Source of the DNA: Eledone cirrhosa
Lineage: Eukaryota
Assembly: GCA_964016885.1 (NCBI GenBank)
Contig: OZ024741.1
Span: 105,090,001-105,154,000 of the forward strand
DNA: 64,000 nucleotides
Reading direction: 5' to 3'
Shown: positions 54,712 to 64,000 of the stretch, in pieces
Layout of the letters: every line of letters begins with the position of its first letter
Numbering within the stretch: the first letter of the stretch is position 1
The notes under the pieces: generated by a model
The model's input: the letters and a program-made list of their open reading frames with translations, nothing else
Databases searched by the model: none
What the model was told of the DNA's origin: nothing
Program-made: the position numbers and the translations under genes

Positions 54712-56196
54712 CAAGTTCGAAAAAGAAAGAGAACAATTATTAGTTTAACAATTGAGGAAAAATGTGTGTATGTGTGTATTTAATTTTGCGTCCACTGTTT
54801 ATTTTCCGTAACTTAATGTTCTGACGAAAAGAAATCGATAAAATACGCATCATTGCTTGCTGAGATCAGTATGGTTGGCCAAATCCCTTGAAAGTCGTAT
54901 TCCAGGATGGCTGCAGAAGAACTGAAACCAGTAAAACATTATAGGAATATGACAGAAAAAGTTTAAAATGTAGAATCCATTTTTACTTCTACTATTATAG
55001 ATGTTGAAGTCGTTATTAATACTACCACTGAAGTAGTAAAATACAGCAGTTTTTCTACTTCTTAAATAAAGAGATAATCATTGAATATAACCATGATGTA
55101 AAATGTGTTTAGGATCAGCCTGTTAAAACCTCATGAAAAATTTGTATATTCAGATAAACTCTGGATTTTTTGACAAATATTAACAGATAATTCTACTTAA
55201 CTCTTAGTTGGAGGTTCAGAATATACGTAGAACGATATATAGATAGTGATTTAGGAGAAAGTCCACGGGAGAAAGTAAGTTAGTATAAAACTAACTGCGA
55301 ACAGAAACGTCAATTATCTTACTCTTTTGATATCAAACCAATGATCTTACGATACAAACCAGTTTATTTTAAAGTTTTTATATTTATCTAAAACCTTTCC
55401 ATCATATTTTCATGTAAAAACTTGTATTAAACTATGTTCCGAACACCAGGTTAATAATGAGAATCATATTAACTGGCATAACACAACTTTATATAGATAT
55501 ACATTGTGTTGAACAGCCAACACTTATATCGTCACGTGAATAACCTATCGGAATTTTTAATGAAATGCCATGTTTTTATAAAAATTATTTTCATAAATTT
55601 AATATAAAGAATGCTGTGATCATGCGCTTAAATGCGATAAAATAGCTTATAAAACAGAGTAAAGACTCTTAAAGATGGTAAAAGAAGTTGTCATCGGGCG
55701 TTATGAAGAATCGAACCTCATATCTCCCGGATTCACCATTCTTTATATTAGCCTTATTCCCTCAGCACTTCAAAAAATCCGTGAGATCGGCTACGTATTC
55801 ACGATATTTATTGTTTTAGAATTGTAAATGTCTTGGGCAATGCAGCAATTAATTTTAAAAAGAGTCAAAAAACATGCAGATTTTTTTGTTGGTGTTATTT
55901 AGCACACCATATCCCCGCGTGTCATAACGGTTGCAATGATTGGTGCCAAGAAATTTGTAAAATATTACCTCAAAATAGACTTCGTGTCATGGGGCATGCA
56001 AGGCTAACTCCTGCTTTAGTGGAGAAAACGGCCTTAAAACGCTTATTGCTTCTTGTGTGGTGTGTTACTTGTATGGCTATCATAAAATATAGCCATTAGA
56101 AAAAGTTGTATTATATGTATTTTCTAATGGTGATTATTCATCACTAATGGCATATATATATATATATATATACATACATGTGTGTGTGTGTGTTGT

Positions 56197-56320
<124 letters not shown>

Positions 56321-57310
56321 ATTAATGGTGATTATTCCTCTTTAATGGCATTACAAAAGTAGATGCTTCTTTTGTACTGGTACCTTTTCCTTAACAATAT
56401 TATAAGAGTATTCATTAGATAGAAGGACTCCAAATTGTCGACCTCTTCGCGGTGGGTCCCGGAAACTGATCACTAATTTCTGATCTCGATCAGGCGAACG
56501 ATAACAACCCAAGACAAGAACAAACTCATGCACAAGAAGAAGATTAGATAGAAAACCTGAAAGATGATCTAGTATTGAAATGGGGAAAGTGTGTATTTTG
56601 TTGTTCAGAAGCCACATAAGACATATCAAATAAATAAATCCTCATTGTAATCACAGTTGAACATTCCTGACAAAGTCTCGCCACAATTCACGATTTTCCA
56701 TTTCTCCTGGAAACTGCTCCCTACTGGGGTTTGTATCGTCTGAGAGTTGATCGATGAATGTTCGAGCAGGTCTTCTTCTACTGCGTCCCTCGTCAGCTGG
56801 TTCCCACAATAGTAACTGATGGCTGTTAAAAAGGTTTGCTGCTGTTGGTTTAAACCAGAGGTCTCAAACTCTATAGATAATGAACAGAACCACAATGATA
56901 TGGTCCGAACGTGTAAATAAATAAAAGACCATAAGAAATCAGAGGCTGAAGTAAATATACTTCCTTAAGTTACCACGTCTGATCACCTAACAAAAAGTTG
57001 TTTTAATATTTTTCCAAGCCAATATGTTACTCAATATAGAAAGACAACCAGATACATCACAACGATATATTTGAGTAAAACAAAGTTAGGATCCTTAACC
57101 CATTTGTTGTCATATTTCTAATGAAAGAGATTGCTTGATTTCCAAATAGAAATATTTATTACTATTAGCGTCACTAATGTAGACGGTTGTGATGTTTGTA
57201 AGTTTTACTCAAGAGTTAATATCGAGAAATTAAGTTATTGTCTGTATGTGTGTCTGTATTTGTGTGTGTGTGTTTGTATGTATGTGTGTGTGTATGTGTG
57301 TGTGTGTGTA

Positions 57311-57402
<92 letters not shown>

Positions 57403-57830
57403 CGCGTGCGTACGTGTGTACGTGTGCATAGTGTTGGTGTGGAAGCGATGCTACTCGTGTTGTTGGTGTTGTGTTAGTGGGGGTGCAGGTGATTGTGGTG
57501 GTGTTGGTTATAGGTGCCTTTGGTGTGGTGGTGGTGGTGGTGGTGGTGGTGGCAGTGATGGCGAGGGTAGAGGGTAGGGGTGGTAGCGATGATGGTGGTT
57601 GTGGCGATGCTGGTGGTGCTAGTGGTGGCGATGATGCAGGTAGTGCCGGTGGTGATGTATCAGTAGTAACACACATATACATACTCAATGTGTGTACATA
57701 TGCGTGTTAATGTGTGTGTGTATGCGATAGTACCACTGTGTGGTTGGCTGAAGTAGTGGTGTAAGAAAGTATTAATAGTGATTATTATAGGGAGGGTGGG
57801 TTGTATATGCTGGGGGAGTATGCATGTGTG

Positions 57831-57907
<77 letters not shown>

Positions 57908-57987
57908 GGTGGTGGTGGTGTAGCAGTGTTTGGCTAGTGGTAGCTGGGTAATGTGTGGGCGTTTGTAATGCAGATAACCACGTGTTT

Positions 57988-58061
<74 letters not shown>

Positions 58062-58527
58062 GGATGGTAGTGTTGGTGTAGGTGGAGGTAGGGTATGTAG
58101 TAGTGGTAGTGGTGGTGGTGGTTGGTGTATGTATATGAGGTAAGATAATGTTAAGAGACTGGAAGCGGATGCTGTGTGGGTGGTAGTTTAGATGGACGAA
58201 GGGGAGACGTAACCAAAAGACAAAGCGTGGGCGTAGGTGGACAACAACAAAAATAAGTAAACCTCCATTGATAAATGAAGACTTGCTGACGGAACAGATC
58301 ATTGAAACTTCCTCACTGGAACAGACTTCAGACACTGCGGAACGAACCACAACACTGCTGCTTTGAAAATAGAGAAGGTGGAGAGTTGGAAATAGAGATA
58401 GTTGAATGAAAGAGGGAGAGAGAAATAGAAGCAAAGAGATATAGAGACGAAGATAGAGGGAGAAGGGAGTAGAGAGAGTATAGGAGAAGAAAAGTGAGGA
58501 AAGGAACAAAAGAAAGAAAGAAAGAAA

Positions 58528-58584
<57 letters not shown>

Positions 58585-59649
58585 GAGTGTGTGTGTCTGT
58601 AAGTGTGCACGTATATGTGTGTGTGGGGAAAGTATTCGTTAGTAATAGTGTATATGTGTGTGCGTACGTGTGTGTGTGTACGTGTTTTCACGTGAGAGAA
58701 GAGTGTGTGACTATGTGTTTAAGAGAAAGCATCTCTGTGGAGGGGATTGAAGAAGGGATGTAGAAAGATAGTGACAGAGACAAACAGATAGGAGTGAGGA
58801 AGTGAGAGAGAGAGAGGGAAAGAGAGAGGGAGTGAGAGAGAAATAAAGTGTGTGAGTGCATGTGTGTATGTACATGTCTGTATGTACGCACACGTGTATG
58901 TGTGTGTGGAAGGAATATAAAAAGAACAGAAATGACGTGAAAATTGCGGGGGAGGGATAGACAATAAGAGTGATATATATATACATATAAACATATAGAC
59001 ATATATACACATACATATATAGATAGACAGAGAGAGAGAAAGAGAGGGAAAGAGAGAGATGAAACTTGAATAAAGAGAGATAAATAAAGAAGTTTGCGAC
59101 AGAGAAGTTACATGAACAACAGCAACAACAGCAACTGTTAAAAAAAAAGACAGATAGACAGATGTCAGAGCAGTGACAACAACAATAACAACCGCAACAA
59201 CAATAACATTAGATTAAATTTCAAAGCAAAAGAGAAGTATAATTTATATTTCGCTACAGCAGAAAGTTAAGAAGATTTTGTCCCTGTCGTCAATTTTACC
59301 TGGTAAACTTCAAATCAACAGAAACGAGAATTTAAAACAATACAAAAACACCGCCAATTATAACACCTGAAACTGTGGTAGATAGAAAAAGACGAACAAC
59401 ACAAATTAAACATTGAGATAATTTAAATAAAAACAGAAAAAAGGCAAAATAAATTTTTAAAAATTAATAACCACAATAGTATTGTGTCAAGAAAAAACAC
59501 AAAGGAAAACTATATGTATACATTTATATATACACAAACATATATATATATATGTTTATGAATATTTACTAATTCTTTTCAAATTCACATTCATAATTGC
59601 ATTCCCTGTGAATACAGATTTTATAAATTATTTTTGTGTATATGCAGCT

Positions 59650-61030
59650 ACATCACCGCCAACGACTACATTAACAACTGTAACAACAACCACTACAGTT
59701 ACAACAACAACAACTGCAACAACCACTACATCATCACCAACGACCACTTTAACAACAGTTACAACAACAACGGCAACACAACAACCACTACATCATCACC
59801 AACGACCACTTTAACAACAGTTACAACAACAACGGCAACACAACAACCACTACATCATCACCAACAGTTACAACAACAACGGCAACATAACAACCACTAC
59901 ATCATCACCAACGACCACTTTAACAACAGTTACAACAACAACGGCAACACAACAACCACTACATCATCACCAACGACCACATTAACAACAGTTACAACAA
60001 CAACGGCAACACAACAACCACTACATCATCACCAACGACCACTTTAACAACAGTTACAACAACAACGGCAACACAACAACCACTACATCATCACCAACGA
60101 CCACTTTAACAACAGTTACAACAACAACGGCAACACAACAACCACTACATCATCACCAACGACCACTTTAACAACAGTTACAACAACAACGGCAACACAA
60201 CAACCACTACATCATCACCAACGACCACTTTAACAACAGTTACAACAACAACGGCAACACAACAACCACTACATCATCACCAACGACCACTTTAACAACA
60301 GTTACAACAACAACGGCAACACAACAACCACTACATCATCACCAACGACCACTTTAACAACAGTTACAACAACAACGGCAACACAACAACCACTACATCA
60401 TCACCAACGACCACTTTAACAACAGTTACAACAACAACGGCAACACAACAACAACCACATCATCACCAACGACCACTTTAACAACAGTTACAACAACAAC
60501 GGCAACACAACAACCACTACATCATCACCAACGACCACATTAACAACAGTTACAACAACAACGGCAACACAACAACCACTACATCATCACCAACGACCAC
60601 TTTAACAACAGTTACAACAACAACGGCAACACAACAACCACTACATCATCACCAACGACCACTTTAACAACAGTTACAACAACAACGGCAACACAACAAC
60701 CACTACATCATCACCAACGACCACTTTAACAACAGTTACAACAACAACGGCAACACAACAACCACTACATCATCACCAACGACCACTTTAACAACAGTTA
60801 CAACAACAACGGCAACACAACAACCACTACATCATCACCAACAATCACATTAACAACAGTTACAACAACAACGGCAACACAACAACAACCACATCATCAC
60901 CAACGACCACTTTAACAACAGTTACAACAACAACGGCAACACAACAACAACCACATCATCACCAACGACCACATTAACAACAGTTACAACAACAACAACG
61001 GCAACAACCACATCATCACCAACGACCACA
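59650..61030. repeat. 62-bp minisatellite, about 22 copies
   Basis: Unit acaacaacaacggcaacacaacaaccactacatcatcaccaacgaccactttaacaacagtt. Marker cgg recurs at 60066, 60128 and 60190. Confidence 0.95.
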
Positions 61031-61569
61031 CAACGACAGCAGCAACATTTACATGTGACCGCCGACAGCTACCAGCACAACTACAGTAAAAATAACATAC
61101 ATAGAACAATATAAAAACAGAAAATCAACTCAATTAACAAGAATAACAACAACATATTTCAAATTAATACTAATGACTATAAAACTATAAATAGCAATAA
61201 TATCAACGTATAAAGTTGATTACTATTTTATATTAAACATTATTTGTACAATATTATGAACATATTAATTAAATAACAAACTTTTTGATCTTCCTTTTCG
61301 TCAAACACACACACACAGAGGCAAATTAATAACAAAAGAATTAACAAGAACTACAACAATAACAGTAACTAGAACAGTAATAATAACAACAACAACAGCA
61401 ACTACAGAGAACAATATAGTGTTGTCGTTGTTGTTGTTGTGTGTGGAAAGTGAGAGAGAAGGAAAAGGAAGGCGTGTATGATTGTTTCTTCAAACATGTG
61501 GAAGTTTTTTCTCGTCATTTTTATCTTACAAATCGGACTTGGAACTGTCTTCAGCGTCAAGGTAAGAAT

Positions 61570-61608
<39 letters not shown>

Positions 61609-61647
61609 AGCAGCAGCTGGTGCTGCTGTTGCTATTGCTGTTGCTGT

Positions 61648-61693
<46 letters not shown>

Positions 61694-61704
61694 GTTAGTA
61701 ATAC

Positions 61705-62105
61705 TAATAATAATTGTTTCTACTTTTTGCCACAAGGCCAGCAAATACCCAGTACATTACTGGTACTTTATTTTATCGACCCCGTAAGGATGAAAGGCAA
61801 AGTTAACCTCGGCGGGATTTGAACTCAGACCGTAAAGGGACGTAACTATGCTGCAAAGCATGGCGTCCGACTCTCTACCGATACTGCCAATTCACCTTCT
61901 ACTATAGGCACAAGGCCAGCAATTTTGGGAGAGGGGAAAGTCGATTAAATCGACTCCAGTGCATTACAGGTGCTTAATTTTATTGACCTCGTAAGGGTGA
62001 AAGGCAAAGCTAACCTCGGCGGGATTTGACCTCAGAACGTAAAGGGCTGTAACTCTATGCTACAAAGCATGGCGTCCGACTCTCTACCGATACTGCTAAT
62101 CCACC
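61705..62105 (-). mobile_element. Two head-to-tail tRNA-derived SINEs (family A)
   Basis: Copies at ~61705-61899 and ~61900-62105, with box A-like tggcagtatcgg and box B gagttcaaatccc. Confidence 0.85.
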
Positions 62106-62245
62106 TATTTTTTTTTTATTTGTCACATGGGGCATCAGGTGGAGTAAACGATACAAAAAGAGGTTACAACATTAAGGTGGGGATTTATATAGAAATGAGG
62201 GGAAAAAACTACTTCTACTGCTACTGTTGATGATGCTGTTATTAT

Positions 62246-62289
<44 letters not shown>

Positions 62290-62899
62290 TTGCTGCTGCC
62301 AATGATGATTTTGTTTGATGATGTTGGTGATTAATATGATGGTGTGTTGAGGGGGAAGAGAATGACGAAAGTAGCGATGATGATGATGATAAATGAGGAT
62401 GGGGGGGGGGGGAAGATGTGATGACCACAAGGTTGTTCTTGTTGTTTAGCCCTAGGTCAATCTTGAACGAGCAGAACTAAGAACAAAGTCATTCTAAATT
62501 TGATCATCCCGCTTCTTTGAACAGACATCATATGTCTAGGACTACAGCATACAATATGTGTGACGGTCGTGTGAGTTGAGGGACATCTGACTGTTATTTC
62601 TAGTAGTTGGATCGACCATGTAGTGCTCCAGATCCCATATTGATTCATGTGATATTAATTTGTTGTTGGTGTTGTTCTTGTGGCTGTTCTTGCTGCTGTC
62701 GTTGCTGCTCTTGTCACTGCTGCTGATGTTTCTGTTGTTCTTATTCCTGCTGTTGTTGTTGTTGCTGTTGCTGCAGTTGCTGTTTTTGCTGCTGTTGTCG
62801 CTGATGTTGTTGCTGCTGTTGATTATGATGATGATAGTGATATTGGTGGGGGTGATGGTGATGGTGAGGATGGTGGTAATGGCGATGTTGTAGAAGATA

Positions 62900-63444
62900 A
62901 AGATGGTGGTGGTGGTAATAGTAGTGATGGTGGTGGTGATGGTGGTGGTGGTGGTGGTAATATTAGTGATGGTGATGATGGTGGTGGTGGTGGTGGTGGT
63001 AATAGTAGTGATGGTGATGGTGGTGGTGGTGGTGGTGGTGGTGGTAATAGAAGTGATGATGGTGATGGTGGTGGTGGTGGTGGTAATAGTAGTGATGATG
63101 GTGATGGTGATGGTGGTGGTGGTAATAGTAGTGATGGTGATGATGGTGGTGGTGATGGTGGTAATAGTAGTGATGATGGTGATGGTGGTGGTGGTGGTGG
63201 TGGTAATAGTAGTGATGGTGGTGATGGTGGTGGTGGTGGTGGTGGTGGTGGTGGTGGTAATAGTAGTGATGATGGTGATGGTGGTGGTGGTGGTGGTAAT
63301 AGTAGTGATGGTGATGATGGTGGTGGTGGTGGTGGTGGTGGTGGTGGTAATAGTAGTGATGATGGTGATGGTGGTGGTGGTAATAGTAGTGATGATGGTG
63401 ATGGTGGTTGTGGTGGTGGTGGTGGTAATAGTAGTGATGATGGT

Positions 63445-63477
<33 letters not shown>

Positions 63478-64000
63478 GGTGGTAATAGTAGTGATGATGG
63501 TGGTGGTGGTGATGGTGGTGGTGGTGGTAATAGTAGTGATGATGGTGGTGGTGGTGATGGTGGTGGTGGTGGTAATAGTAGTGATGATGGTGATGGTGGT
63601 GGTGGTGGTGGTAATAGTAGTGATGATGATGGTGGTGGTGGTGGTGGTGGTGGTGGTAATAGTAGTGATGATGGTGATGGTGGTGGTGGTGGTGGTGGTA
63701 ATAGTAGTGATGATGGTGATGGTGGTGATGGTGGTGGTGGTGGTGGTGGTAATAGTAGTGATGGTGGTGATGGTGGTGGTGGTGGTGGTGGTAATAGTAG
63801 TGATGATGGTGATGGTGGTGGTGGTGGTGGTGGTGGTAATAGTAGTGATGATGGTGATGGTGGTGGTGGTGGTGGTGGTGGTAATAGTAGTGATGATGGT
63901 GATGGTGGTGATGGTGGTGGTGGTGGTGGTGGTAATAGTAGTGATGGTGGTGATGGTGGTGGTGGTGGTGGTGGTAATAGTAGTGATGATGGTGATGGTG
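62900..64000. repeat. Compound (GGT)n-AAT-AGT-AGT-GAT-GAT triplet array (runs off window end)
   Basis: Variable-length GGT runs separated by a fixed aatagtagtgat(gat) spacer. Confidence 0.95.

Noticed and set aside
59650-61030. CRISPR-like array
   Set aside because: No unique spacers, no cas genes and a eukaryotic context. It is a plain tandem repeat.
61705-62105. tRNA genes suggested by box A/B motifs
   Set aside because: No cloverleaf. The motifs belong to multi-copy SINE heads.

Overview
Repeat-dominated eukaryotic DNA with no host gene that I can support. The SINE families and extreme microsatellite density resemble an octopod cephalopod genome (inference from recalled sequence, not a database result). 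The first ~20.4 kb is a triplet-phased ACC/AAC/AGC array with ~3-kb higher-order duplications. The remainder is a mosaic of two Penelope-like elements (PLEs), one near-complete and several partial Tx1/L1-type LINEs, a CR1/L2-group LINE, RTE fragments, two Tc1/mariner relics, a non-autonomous Helitron, tRNA-derived SINEs, a 62-bp minisatellite and a terminal GGT-rich array. The ORF track does not show the main signal: about 16 type I hammerhead-ribozyme (HHR) motifs, intact, variant or broken, from roughly 9 sequence families within ~33 kb. Most lie in tiny non-coding PLE-terminus-like elements in (TA)n/(TG)n tracts. These repeatedly show fold-back (palindrome plus single-copy tail) or partial-tandem architectures. 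One HHR is split exactly by a Helitron, and one family has a CAGAAGA variant core. All structures were derived by eye.
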